From contig JAZPYP010000007.1 in the NCBI GenBank assembly GCA_045544255.1, positions 10,300 through 74,299 of the forward strand: a stretch of DNA of 64,000 bases, given 5' to 3'. This document shows positions 19,305 through 30,345 of the stretch, piece by piece. Numbering within the stretch: position 1 is the first letter of the stretch; each line of letters starts with the position of its first letter. Under the pieces are notes generated by a model that saw only the letters and a list, made by a program, of their open reading frames with translations, had not been told where the DNA came from and did not search any database. This stretch comes from Eubacteriales bacterium (lineage in GTDB: Bacteria > Bacillota > Clostridia > Oscillospirales > QAKW01). A program made the translations under genes and the position numbers.

Positions 19305-19724
19305 ATGACCATTCAGGTATCGATTACAATCTGGGCGATCCTTTGCTTTATCGCCCTGATGCTGATTTTGCATTTTCTTCTTTTTAAGCCTTGCCTTGCG
19401 CTGATGGACCGCCGAAAGGCGAGAATTGATGCGGCAGCAGCGAAAAAAGAAGAATATGAGCAGATTGCCAAAGAGCAGGAAGCAAAAATGATCGCGCAAA
19501 AGGAAGCGGCTCATAAAGCGATGCGCAAGGCCGCAAAGGATGAAATCGAGAAAATTCGCATGGAAAGCAAAAAAGCCTTGGAGATTGCCAAGCGCGAGCG
19601 GATCCGCGAGCTTGATTTCAGCCATAGCAAGGCCGAAATCGAGCGGGCCGAGATCCTTCGGATCCTTGGCAGCCATGCGCGGGATCTGGCCGAAACTTTT
19701 GCTAAAAGTGTTGTAAAGGAATAA
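19305..19724 (+). CDS. atpF: ATP synthase subunit b/b'-like
   Basis: N-terminal TM, LLFKP..ALMDRRKARI, then an Ala/Glu/Lys coiled coil. Confidence 0.85.
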   Translation: MTIQVSITIWAILCFIALMLILHFLLFKPCLALMDRRKARIDAAAAKKEEYEQIAKEQEAKMIAQKEAAHKAMRKAAKDEIEKIRMESKKALEIAKRERIRELDFSHSKAEIERAEILRILGSHARDLAETFAKSVVKE

Positions 19725-19734
19725 GTAGGAATCA

Positions 19735-21945
19735 ATGGAAATCCAATATGTGATCATCAACTTTTTGATCCTTGCCGCAATTATTATTCTCTTTTGCCGC
19801 AAAACCATTGTGCGCCTTTTCCGCTCCAGAAGGGAGCAGATCGAAGCGGCTCTCGATGAAGCGGAGCGGCTGGAGCAGGCAAAGCCGCCGGTGATGCCTG
19901 CCCTTGAAGGGAAGATTGCGCCCGATGCAGTGAATGAAGAGGTTCTTTTGGAGCGAGCCGATGCGGAAGAAAAGATCGCTCAGGTGAAGGCCTTTGGAAA
20001 GCGGGAATGCGATGAGATTCATCGCATGATGATCGAAAAGGTTAAAAAAGAATTCTTTTTATGCCTCAAGGAGAATGTGGCGCAGGTTTTTGCCAAGGAT
20101 CCTTATTATAGCAAAATGCGGGCCTTGGAAGAGAGCCAGATCGATGAGATTTTGAAGCTTATTAAGCTCACCCCCGGTGATATGGCTTATTTAAAGCGCC
20201 ATGATGTGCTTTATGTAACCCTTACCTCGACCTATCCGCTCTCTGAAGAGTTGGTTCAAAAGGTGGATCGGGCTACCACCGAGCTTTTGAAGACTGTTGG
20301 AGGCAAAACCTCTCTTTGGGTGCTGCAGGATCCCTCTTTTATCGGAGGATTGCGGCTGCGCATTGGTGATACGGTTTACGATGGCACCGTTGCCGAAGAA
20401 CTTTATCATTTCGAGAGCAGCATCAAAAAAGATCCCATTTCTTCGGATGAGGCTGCAAAGGAAGTTTTGGCCGAATATGAAGAAAAGGTCAGGAACTATA
20501 CCCCGAAGATCCATGAGTACCAGCTTGGGCGCGTGATGCAGATCTCCGATGGTATTTGCTGGATGGATGGCCTTGCCGATATTATGTATGGCGAGGTTGT
20601 GGAATTCGAATGCGGCGAGCGGGGCATGGTGCTGGATATTCAGCCCGACCGCATCGGTTGCGTTATCTACGGGGAATATGAAAATATCGAAAGCGGCAGT
20701 AAGGTGCGGCGGGTTGGCCGCATTGCTTCTGTGCCGGTGGGCGAAAGCCTTCTCGGGCGCGTGGTAGATGCAGTGGGCAATCCGGTGGATGGCAAAGGCC
20801 ATCTTCCGTTTACCGATCGCCGCCCCATTGAGCATCCCGCACCCGGCATTTTGGATCGGGCGCCTGTTTGCAAACCGCTCCATACCGGCCTGAAGGCCAT
20901 CGATGCCTTGGTACCCATCGGCAGAGGTCAGCGGGAGCTGATCATCGGCGATCGGCAGACCGGTAAGAGCGCCATCGCCCTTGATGCTATCATTAATCAA
21001 AAGGGCAAGGATACCATTTGCGTCTATGTTGCAATCGGGCAGAAGGAAACCTCTATCGCCGAAATTAAGGATCGCTTGGAGCGAAGCGGCGCCATGGAAT
21101 ATACTACCATTGTGGCGGCCCCTGCTTCCGGCTCGGCGGCAACCCAGTATATTGCCCCCTTCTCCGGTACCGCTATGGCGGAATACTTTATGTATGCCGG
21201 CAAGGATGTCTTGATCGTTTATGATGATCTTTCCAAGCATGCGGTGGCTTATCGGGAGCTTTCGCTCTTGCTCCATCGCCCTTCGGGAAGAGAAGCCTAT
21301 CCCGGCGATATTTTCTATCTTCATTCCAGATTGCTGGAGCGCTCCGCCCATCTTTCGGAAGAATTCGGCGGCGGTTCTATAACGGCTCTGCCTATTATTG
21401 AAACCTTGGCCGGCGATATCTCGGCCTATATTCCCACCAATGTCATCTCTATTACCGATGGTCAGATCTTCTTGGAGAGCGAGCTTTTCCATGAGGGCCA
21501 GCGGCCTGCGATCAATGTGGGCCTTTCGGTTTCGCGGGTAGGTGGCGCGGCTCAAACCAAGCTGATGAAGCAGATGGCGGCCTCCTTGCGCACCCGCCTT
21601 GCCCAATATCGGGAACTTGCGGATTTCACCCAGCTTGGCACCGATGTTGATGAAGATACCAAGCGCACGCTGAATGCAGGCGCTCATCTGATGGAAGCCC
21701 TTAAGCAGGGCCGCTATCAGCCGATGGAAGACTGGGCGCAGGCGCTTTTGCTCTTTGCAGTATCCGAAGGCTATGCCGATCAGTTGCCCCTTGAGCAAAT
21801 GGCAGAATTTGAGCGGGAATTGGTTCATTATTTTGCCGATGAACAGGGCGGGATCGTTGATGAATTGAAAACCGGCGCCAAGGCCGATGCCGCTCTTTTG
21901 GAAAAGATGCGGGCAGCCCTTGGAGCATTTTCTGCGAGGGCATAA
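19735..21945 (+). CDS. atpA: Fused ATP synthase b - delta(C-terminal domain) - alpha polypeptide
   Basis: aa 1-~145 b-like (INFLIL TM, RREQIEAALDEAE); aa ~158-230 delta C-domain (VTLTSTYPLSEE, DPSFIGGLRLRIGDTVYDGTV); aa ~236-736 alpha (GDRQTGKS, PSGREAYPGD, ISITDGQI). No stop codon between the parts. Confidence 0.92.
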   Translation: MEIQYVIINFLILAAIIILFCRKTIVRLFRSRREQIEAALDEAERLEQAKPPVMPALEGKIAPDAVNEEVLLERADAEEKIAQVKAFGKRECDEIHRMMIEKVKKEFFLCLKENVAQVFAKDPYYSKMRALEESQIDEILKLIKLTPGDMAYLKRHDVLYVTLTSTYPLSEELVQKVDRATTELLKTVGGKTSLWVLQDPSFIGGLRLRIGDTVYDGTVAEELYHFESSIKKDPISSDEAAKEVLAEYEEKVRNYTPKIHEYQLGRVMQISDGICWMDGLADIMYGEVVEFECGERGMVLDIQPDRIGCVIYGEYENIESGSKVRRVGRIASVPVGESLLGRVVDAVGNPVDGKGHLPFTDRRPIEHPAPGILDRAPVCKPLHTGLKAIDALVPIGRGQRELIIGDRQTGKSAIALDAIINQKGKDTICVYVAIGQKETSIAEIKDRLERSGAMEYTTIVAAPASGSAATQYIAPFSGTAMAEYFMYAGKDVLIVYDDLSKHAVAYRELSLLLHRPSGREAYPGDIFYLHSRLLERSAHLSEEFGGGSITALPIIETLAGDISAYIPTNVISITDGQIFLESELFHEGQRPAINVGLSVSRVGGAAQTKLMKQMAASLRTRLAQYRELADFTQLGTDVDEDTKRTLNAGAHLMEALKQGRYQPMEDWAQALLLFAVSEGYADQLPLEQMAEFERELVHYFADEQGGIVDELKTGAKADAALLEKMRAALGAFSARA

Positions 21946-21948
21946 GCC

Positions 21949-22770
21949 ATGGCAGCAATTCAAAGCTTGAAAAAGCAATTAAAAGGCATTCGATCCACCC
22001 AAAAACTTACCAAGGCGATGAAAACCATCTCCACAGTGAAGTTTTCCAAGTTGAACGGGCTTTATAGCGATTATTCTGCCTATGGAAAAGAATGCGCCGC
22101 TCTTCTCTCTCAATTTGGGGGCGCTTTTGCGGCCTCGATCGGCATGGAGGCGCCCGATGCTCCCGCTGCAGTGGTGGTTATTGCAGGGAATAAGGGCTTA
22201 TGCGGAAGCTTCAATGCGGAACTTTTGCATTTTGCCGAAAGCAAATTGGAAGAGTTTGATGAGCTGAAGCTCTATACTTGCGGGAAAAAAGCAAGCCAAT
22301 ATTTCAAGGGCAAAAAACGGCCCTTGGAGCGGGAAGCGGTTTTTGCCGATCTTCCCGATTATGATGAGGTCTCTTCTCTTCTGGAAGAGTTGCTGGAGCG
22401 CCGCAAGCGCGGCGAGATCGGCCGCATCTGCGTGATTTATCCCGAATATCGGAATATGATGATTCAGCGCCCTGTGATCCGCGATCTTTTCAGCGCTCCC
22501 GAAGGGGGGGCAGAAGCGCCTTGCCTTTATTTTCCCGATCAGCAAACCTTGGTGGATCGGGCGGCGAAAACGATCTTTCGGGCTGTTTTCTATGGCTGGG
22601 TGCTGGAGGCGGCCATCGGCGCCCAAGCGGCCACTTTGATGACCATGCGCTCCGCTTTCGATACAGCGACCGAATATTGCGCCCAACTGGAAGGGCAGAT
22701 CAATCGCCAAAGGCAGAGCGCAGTTACCGCGGATGTAATCGAAACCTCCTCTGAACGGAGCGAGAGTTAA
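21949..22770 (+). CDS. atpG: ATP synthase gamma subunit
   Basis: TQKLTKAMK, NKGLCGSFN and NRQRQSAVT motifs. Confidence 0.93.
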   Translation: MAAIQSLKKQLKGIRSTQKLTKAMKTISTVKFSKLNGLYSDYSAYGKECAALLSQFGGAFAASIGMEAPDAPAAVVVIAGNKGLCGSFNAELLHFAESKLEEFDELKLYTCGKKASQYFKGKKRPLEREAVFADLPDYDEVSSLLEELLERRKRGEIGRICVIYPEYRNMMIQRPVIRDLFSAPEGGAEAPCLYFPDQQTLVDRAAKTIFRAVFYGWVLEAAIGAQAATLMTMRSAFDTATEYCAQLEGQINRQRQSAVTADVIETSSERSES

Positions 22771-22856
22771 AAGTGTAATTTTACACCGCTATTTTTCGCA
22801 TAACAAAGCGGTTTTATGAAAATTCGCCCTTTTGGCGAAAATGAGAAATTAAGTGA

Positions 22857-24260
<1,404 letters not shown>

Positions 24261-24265
24261 AGGTT

Positions 24266-24544
24266 ATGAGCATTACATTGAAGATAGTAACCCCTGCAGG
24301 AATTGTGGGGCCTCTTTCCTGCGATTCTGTGCGGCTGACTCTTTCCGACGATCTTTCGGAGAGGGGCGGCGGCTCTTTCGGAATTCGCGAGGGGCATAGC
24401 AAATCCTTGCTTTCCTTAATGGAAGGGCCCATGGAGGCTTTAATGGAGGAAAAAACCATTTTAAAGGGGCGCCATGGTCAGGGTTTTGCAACCATTGAAA
24501 ATAATGAGGTTAAAATCATAACGGAACGCTTCGAAAAAGAATAA
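24266..24544 (+). CDS. atpC: ATP synthase epsilon subunit, N-terminal domain only
   Basis: LKIVTPAG, GSFGIREGH and GFATIENNEVKIITE; 92 aa. Confidence 0.8.
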   Translation: MSITLKIVTPAGIVGPLSCDSVRLTLSDDLSERGGGSFGIREGHSKSLLSLMEGPMEALMEEKTILKGRHGQGFATIENNEVKIITERFEKE

Positions 24545-24566
24545 TATTCATTTTGGAATTCACTTG

Positions 24567-24608
24567 CAAAAGACCGCGGTGCGCAGCAGCGTTACCGCGG
24601 CCTTTTTC
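24567..24608 (+). terminator. Terminator-like hairpin after the atp operon
   Basis: AAAAGACCGCGGT...ACCGCGGCCTTTTT. Confidence 0.6.
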
Positions 24609-24683
24609 TGCAAAGAGGAATTTTTTTGCTTTTTCAGGAAAAAAAGTAAAATATAAATGTTCACAGTTGGAAATGTTTTTTAC

Positions 24684-24712
24684 TTGACAATTATAGTAAT
24701 ATAAATTAAAAT
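24684..24712 (+). promoter_or_regulatory. rnf operon promoter
   Basis: TTGACA-N17-TAAAAT. Confidence 0.6.
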
Positions 24713-24776
24713 TTCTATTATATAATGGGTTGTTGTGTGGTTATAAGCAGATAGCCCAAAGAAAGGTGAAAGAAGA

Positions 24777-26093
24777 ATGGCATTTTATCTTCCGGGAACC
24801 CATGTTCCCCATCGAAAAAATACGCTGAAAACCCCGATTGCTTCCTTGGGTGCGCCCAAAACTGTATCCATTCCCATGGCGATGCATATCGGAAAGCCTG
24901 CTGTTCCTATTGTGAAGGTGGGCGATTTGGTAAAGGTCGGCACCAAGATCGGCGAGGCAGATGGATATATCTCCTCTCCTGTTTACTCCAGTGTATCCGG
25001 CAAGGTGATCAAACTGCAGGATTATCTGCAAATGAATGGGATGATGACCACTGCTGTGGTGATCGAATCCGATGGTGCCATGGAGCGGGAAGCGCTTTCT
25101 GCCCCCTCTATTAATAGCAGAGAAGATCTGATCAATGCAGTGAAAGAAAGCGGCATTGTGGGCCTTGGGGGCGCAGGGTTTCCCACTTATGTGAAGCTTG
25201 ATGCGGATCCTGCGCGCATGGAATATTTGATTATCAACGGCGCCGAATGCGAGCCTTATGTTACCAGCGATACCGTAACCATGCTGAATCGGGCTGAAGA
25301 GATGGCCTTTGCCCTTAAAGCCCTTCATCGGTGGCTTGGGATTAAGCAGGTAATTATCGGAATCGAAAATAATAAGAAGGAAGCAATCCTTCAGATGAAA
25401 AAAATGGCCGCTTCCATTGAGGAATGCAAGGTTGAGGTAAAGAGCCTTCCCGCTCTTTACCCCCAAGGGGGCGAAAAGGTGCTGGTCTACCATACCACAG
25501 GGCGCAAAATTCCCATGAATAAGCTTCCTATCGAAGTGGGATGCGTGGTAATGAACTGCACCACTTTGGCCGCCATCGGCGGCTATCTGCAAACCGGTAT
25601 GCCTTTGGTGGAAAAATGCGTTACGGTTGATGGCGGCGCGGTGAAGGAGCCGAAAAATGTGGTTGCCCCTATCGGAGCATCCTTTAAGGATCTCTTTGAT
25701 TGCTGCGGCGGCCTTTCGGAAGAGCCTGCCAAGCTGATCTATGGGGGGCCCATGATGGGCATTACCGTTGCCAGTGCGGATGCTCCCATTATGAAAAATA
25801 CCAATGCGATCCTGGCGCTGACCGAAAAGGAAACCAAGCTGCCGAAAACTACTGCCTGCATTCGTTGCGGCGCGTGCGTGAATACCTGCCCCTTCGGCCT
25901 TGCGCCTATGGCCATTGCCTCTGCTTATGATAAAGAGGATGCCGAGGAGCTTTCCGCCCTTAAGGTGGAGGCCTGCATGGAATGCGGTTGCTGCAGCTAT
26001 GTTTGCCCCGCAAATCGCCCCTTGGTGCAGATCAATAAGCTTTCCAAGCAATTATTGAAAGAAATCAGAATGAAGGAGGAAAAGAAGGCATGA
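24777..26093 (+). CDS. rnfC: Rnf complex subunit C
   Basis: GIVGLGGAGFPT, INGAECEPY, GGPMMG and two CxxCxxCxxxCP motifs. Confidence 0.95.
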   Translation: MAFYLPGTHVPHRKNTLKTPIASLGAPKTVSIPMAMHIGKPAVPIVKVGDLVKVGTKIGEADGYISSPVYSSVSGKVIKLQDYLQMNGMMTTAVVIESDGAMEREALSAPSINSREDLINAVKESGIVGLGGAGFPTYVKLDADPARMEYLIINGAECEPYVTSDTVTMLNRAEEMAFALKALHRWLGIKQVIIGIENNKKEAILQMKKMAASIEECKVEVKSLPALYPQGGEKVLVYHTTGRKIPMNKLPIEVGCVVMNCTTLAAIGGYLQTGMPLVEKCVTVDGGAVKEPKNVVAPIGASFKDLFDCCGGLSEEPAKLIYGGPMMGITVASADAPIMKNTNAILALTEKETKLPKTTACIRCGACVNTCPFGLAPMAIASAYDKEDAEELSALKVEACMECGCCSYVCPANRPLVQINKLSKQLLKEIRMKEEKKA

Positions 26094-27010
26094 GTTCTTT
26101 ATCGAAACTGACTGTTTCTCCCCATATTCATAGCGGCCGCTCCACAAGCGGGATCATGCTTGAGGTTTTGATCGCGCTGCTGCCTGCCACCTTTATGGGG
26201 GCCTATATCTTCGGCCTGCGCTCCCTTTTGGTGGTTGCCCTTTGCATGATCTGCTCTGTTGGCTTTGAGGCGCTCTTTAATCTGATCATGAAGCGGGAGC
26301 AGACCATCGGCGATCTTTCCACCGCGGTTACCGGCCTGCTGCTTGCTTTGAACCTGCCTGCCAATATCCCCCTTTGGCAATGCGCGGTGGGCAGCCTTTT
26401 TGCCATCATTTTGGTAAAATGCTTATTTGGCGGAATCGGCCAGAATCTGGTGAACCCCGCCATTGCGGCGCGGGTATTTATGCTGGTAGCCTTCGGCTCG
26501 ATGGCAAAAGCCGCATTCCCTGCAGATGCAGTGGCATCGGCAACGCCTTTGGCGGCAGAGAAAATGCCCTCTCTGATGGATCTTTTCTTTGGGAACCATG
26601 GAGGCGCCATCGGCGAAACCTGCGCCTTTGCGCTCCTGATCGGCGGGATCTATCTTTTGGTGCGCAAGATCATCACTTGGCATATTCCTGCATCTTTTAT
26701 TGCTACTGTATTTATCTTTTCCCTCTTCATGGAGGGCTTTGATGCTTCGGCCGCTCTTGCGCAGGTTTTGGCCGGCGGGCTTTTGATCGGCGCCTTCTTT
26801 ATGGCCACCGATTATGTTACCTCTCCCGAAACCCCTTGGGGCAAGATCATCTTCGGCCTTGGGGCAGGGCTTTTAACCTGCCTGATCCGCTATTTCGGCA
26901 GCTATCCTGAAGGGGTATCCTTCGCCATTCTCTTTATGAATATTCTTACTCCCTATATCACCCGCTGGACGCGTAGAAAAGTTTTCGGAACAGGAGGGGA
27001 GCAAAAATGA
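26090..27010 (+). CDS. rnfD: Rnf complex subunit D
   Basis: SPHIH, FGGIGQNLVNPA, ASATPL (FMN Thr) and MATDYVTSP motifs. Confidence 0.95.
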   Translation: MSSLSKLTVSPHIHSGRSTSGIMLEVLIALLPATFMGAYIFGLRSLLVVALCMICSVGFEALFNLIMKREQTIGDLSTAVTGLLLALNLPANIPLWQCAVGSLFAIILVKCLFGGIGQNLVNPAIAARVFMLVAFGSMAKAAFPADAVASATPLAAEKMPSLMDLFFGNHGGAIGETCAFALLIGGIYLLVRKIITWHIPASFIATVFIFSLFMEGFDASAALAQVLAGGLLIGAFFMATDYVTSPETPWGKIIFGLGAGLLTCLIRYFGSYPEGVSFAILFMNILTPYITRWTRRKVFGTGGEQK

Positions 27011-28161
27011 TCAAGAGCATTAAAAATATTGCGGTTTTGGTTTGCATCTGCAGCGCTATTGTATTGCTCTTGGCGCTCACCAATTCCATTACCGCTCCTG
27101 CTATCGAAAAAAATCAAAATGCTGCCGCTAATGCGGCCCTTCTCGAAGTGATGCCGGAAGGCAAGGGCTTCGAGGTGATGGATCTTGGGGGATTTGAGCT
27201 TCCCGCCACCGTTACCGAAGTGCATAAGGAGACCGAAGGCCTTGGCTATGTGGTGAAGCTTACCACCTCCGGTTATGGTTCGGATATGGTCATTATGTGT
27301 GGCGTGGGGGCCGATGGAGTGGTAACCGGTGCGGTATGCCTCTCTTCCAATGAAACCCTTGGCCATGAAAAAACCTATGGTGCAAATTTTGCCGAAAAAG
27401 ATGCGGCAGGAGTGGAAGCGGTAGATACCCTTGCAGGGGCTACCAAAACCACCGAGGCTTATAAAAACGCTGTGAAGGATGCATTGAACGCCGCAATCAT
27501 TTTGGGCGGCGGTTCGGTAGATATTCGCACCGAAGAGCAGATCCTTGCCGATAATCTTGCCGCCGCTCTTCCCGCAGGCGATACCTTTGAGAAGGTATTT
27601 ATCGTTGAAGAGTTGGCAGGCGTTGATGCCATTTATGCCGCCAAGAACGGCGCAGGGTATGTCTGCCTGATCGGTGAGGAATTTATCGGCGTTGGCGCCG
27701 ATGGAGCTTCCGCCGATGAAAAGGCGGCAGATGCAGTGGCTAAAATCAAGGCGACCTCCTTTGAGGAACTGGACGCATCCGCCCATGAAGAGATCGCGGA
27801 TTTTGTGGTCTCTGCGAAAAAGACCGATAGCGGCAACTATTTGATCGAAACCAAAGGCGCCGGCTATGGCATTAAGGGCGGCAACGAATGGCATCCTGCC
27901 TCCGGCGAATATATTGTTGTGAAGGTGGCAATTTCTGCCGCCGGCAAGATTCTTGATTGCGCAACTGTTTCGGAAGCGGAAACTGATGGCTTGGGCGATG
28001 CCTGCGCCGATGAGAGCTTCTATGGCCAGTTTATCGGCAAAGAGGAAGCAAACTATACCGAAATTGATGGGATCAGTGGCGCGACCATGACCACCGATGG
28101 CTATAAGCAAGCCATTCAAAGAGCTTATGAAGCGATGAAGATTTTGAAAGGAGGTGCCTGA
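27007..28161 (+). CDS. rnfG: RnfG-like subunit with two FMN-binding domains
   Basis: N-terminal TM, then two domains with NETLG/AETDGLG and flavinylation motifs DTLAGAT and DGISGAT. Confidence 0.88.
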   Translation: MIKSIKNIAVLVCICSAIVLLLALTNSITAPAIEKNQNAAANAALLEVMPEGKGFEVMDLGGFELPATVTEVHKETEGLGYVVKLTTSGYGSDMVIMCGVGADGVVTGAVCLSSNETLGHEKTYGANFAEKDAAGVEAVDTLAGATKTTEAYKNAVKDALNAAIILGGGSVDIRTEEQILADNLAAALPAGDTFEKVFIVEELAGVDAIYAAKNGAGYVCLIGEEFIGVGADGASADEKAADAVAKIKATSFEELDASAHEEIADFVVSAKKTDSGNYLIETKGAGYGIKGGNEWHPASGEYIVVKVAISAAGKILDCATVSEAETDGLGDACADESFYGQFIGKEEANYTEIDGISGATMTTDGYKQAIQRAYEAMKILKGGA

Positions 28162-28892
28162 TGATGAAGAAAACCAATGATAAAAATACAGAGATGTGGC
28201 TTAATAATTTTCTTGTAAATCTTGAAACTTTTTGTAACGGAATTATCAAAGAAAATCCCGTTTTGGTGCTCATTCTCGGCACCTGCCCCACTCTGGCTAC
28301 CACCACAACTGTGAATGGCGCTTTGGGTATGGGGATCGCGGCTTTGGCAGTGCTTGTATGCTCCAATGTATTTATCTCTCTTTTGAGAAAGATCATTCCC
28401 GAATCCATGCGGATCCCTTGCTATATCGTTATTATCGCAGGGTTTGTTACCATTGTTAAATTAATTGTGCAGGCCTTCCTGCCCGATCTTTATGCCACCC
28501 TTGGCGTTTATCTTGATTTGATCACGGTCAACTGCATTATCCTTGGCCGCGCCGAAATGTTTGCGGGGAAAAACCCTGTGGTCCGCTCCGCTCTCGATGG
28601 AGTGGGAATGGGGCTTGGATTTACCCTTGCCCTCGGCGCCATGGCCTTTATCCGCGAGGTTTTCGGCAATGGCTCTATTGCGGGGGTTGCCATTCCTTTT
28701 ATGGAAAATTATAAGATCGAGTTTCTCACCAAGGCCCCCGGCGGCTTAGTGGTATATGGATTGCTGATCGCTTTGATCCATGCGGTAACCAAGGGGAAGG
28801 CTCCATTAAAGAAATCCTTCTCCTGCGAGGGTTGCCCCAATGCGAGCACCTGCCATGCTGAATCTTGCGCCAAGAAAGGAGAGAAAGAATAA
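28161..28892 (+). CDS. rnfE: Rnf complex subunit E
   Basis: ENPVLVLILGTCPTLA and LITVNCIILGRAE motifs. Confidence 0.95.
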   Translation: MMKKTNDKNTEMWLNNFLVNLETFCNGIIKENPVLVLILGTCPTLATTTTVNGALGMGIAALAVLVCSNVFISLLRKIIPESMRIPCYIVIIAGFVTIVKLIVQAFLPDLYATLGVYLDLITVNCIILGRAEMFAGKNPVVRSALDGVGMGLGFTLALGAMAFIREVFGNGSIAGVAIPFMENYKIEFLTKAPGGLVVYGLLIALIHAVTKGKAPLKKSFSCEGCPNASTCHAESCAKKGEKE

Positions 28893-29491
28893 TGGAAATG
28901 TTTAAAGTATTAATCATCATCCTGCTCTCTTCTGTTTTGGTAGATAACTATGTTTTAAGCCGCTTTCTCGGAATCTGCCCCTTCCTTGGGGTTTCCAAAA
29001 AGCTGGATCAGGCCACCGGCATGGGCGTTGCGGTAACGATTGTGATGCTGATCGCCACCGCTGTAACTTGGCCGATTCAATATTTTGTATTGAATACGCT
29101 GAATCTTGGCTATCTGCAAAATATTGTATTTATTCTTGTGATTGCCACTTTGGTTCAGATGCTGGAGTTGGTGCTGAAGAAGCTTTCGCCCGCCCTTTAT
29201 AAGGGCCTTGGCGTTTATCTGCCGCTCATCACCACCAACTGCGCGGTGCTGGGTGTAACCATTAATAATATCATTGATGGCTATTCCTTTATTGAATCTA
29301 TGGTCAGCTCTTTGGGTTGCGGCCTTGGCTTCCTTTTGGCAATGGTTCTCTTTTCGGGTTTGCGCTCCCGCATTAATGAGAGCAATGTGCCCGAACCCTT
29401 TAAGGGCTTGGCTGTTACCCTGATTGCCGCCTCCTTCATCTCCCTTGCTTTTATGGGCTTTGGCGGCATTGTTGAAAATATTTTTGCATAA
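28892..29491 (+). CDS. rnfA: Rnf complex subunit A
   Basis: FLGICPFLGVS and LPLITTNCAVLG motifs. Confidence 0.95.
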   Translation: MEMFKVLIIILLSSVLVDNYVLSRFLGICPFLGVSKKLDQATGMGVAVTIVMLIATAVTWPIQYFVLNTLNLGYLQNIVFILVIATLVQMLELVLKKLSPALYKGLGVYLPLITTNCAVLGVTINNIIDGYSFIESMVSSLGCGLGFLLAMVLFSGLRSRINESNVPEPFKGLAVTLIAASFISLAFMGFGGIVENIFA

Positions 29492-29511
29492 AGCAAGGAA
29501 AGGAGAAAAGA

Positions 29512-30345
29512 ATGGATATTTTAATTGCATTTCTTGTGATGGTTGCGGTGGCTTTGATCGCCGGAATCCTGATCGCTGTTTTCTCTCATTTCTTCGCTGT
29601 TGCTGAAAATCCCCTTAAAAAGCAGCTTCGGGAATGCCTGCCCGGCATTAATTGCGGCGCATGCGGCTATAAGGGCTGCGATGATTATGCCGAAGCTTTG
29701 GCAGAGGGCGGAGTGAAGCCCAATCTTTGCATTCCCGGCGCGCAGGATGTGGCCGATGAGATCGGCGGCATCCTCGGTGTTGAGGCGGAGCCTTTTAAAG
29801 ATGTTGTGGCTTTTGTGGCATGCAATGGCCATTGCGAGGCCGCTTCCAAAAAGGCGGAATATGAAGGGGTGCAGACCTGCGCCGCCGCCTCCATGCTCTT
29901 TGGCGGCGATAATGCCTGTCGCTTCGGTTGCCTTGGTTTTGGCGATTGCGCCGCCGCTTGCCCTGCCGATGCCATCTGCATGGAAGAGGGAATTGCGCGG
30001 ATCAATACCGCTCGCTGCCTTGGCTGCGGCATCTGCGCCAATACCTGCCCCAAGGGAATTATTTCCATGCTCTCGCAGCATGCAGAAACCGTTGTAATGT
30101 GCAGCAGCAAGGATAAGGGCGGGGAGGCCCGCAAGGCCTGCAAAAACGCTTGTATCGGCTGCAAAAAATGCGAAAAGACCTGCCCCCATGGAGCAATCAC
30201 TGTGCAGGATAATCTGGCGGTGATCGATTATGAAAAGTGCGTAAATTGCGGAAGTTGCGTGGCAGTTTGCCCCACCGGTTGCCTCAAAACCGTATTCTTC
30301 CCCAACCTGCCCGAAGGGGTGGATCATGAGGATCTGATCGGTTGA
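29512..30345 (+). CDS. rnfB: Rnf complex subunit B
   Basis: LPGINCGACGYKGC and several ferredoxin motifs. Confidence 0.95.
   Translation: MDILIAFLVMVAVALIAGILIAVFSHFFAVAENPLKKQLRECLPGINCGACGYKGCDDYAEALAEGGVKPNLCIPGAQDVADEIGGILGVEAEPFKDVVAFVACNGHCEAASKKAEYEGVQTCAAASMLFGGDNACRFGCLGFGDCAAACPADAICMEEGIARINTARCLGCGICANTCPKGIISMLSQHAETVVMCSSKDKGGEARKACKNACIGCKKCEKTCPHGAITVQDNLAVIDYEKCVNCGSCVAVCPTGCLKTVFFPNLPEGVDHEDLIG

Noticed and set aside
20191-21978. 595-aa antisense ORF, and similar ones at 22995..24230, 24741..26051, 26953..28119 and 29521..30588
   Set aside because: Shadows of well-supported genes, explained by scarce TTA/CTA/TCA codons on the sense strand; no recognisable motifs
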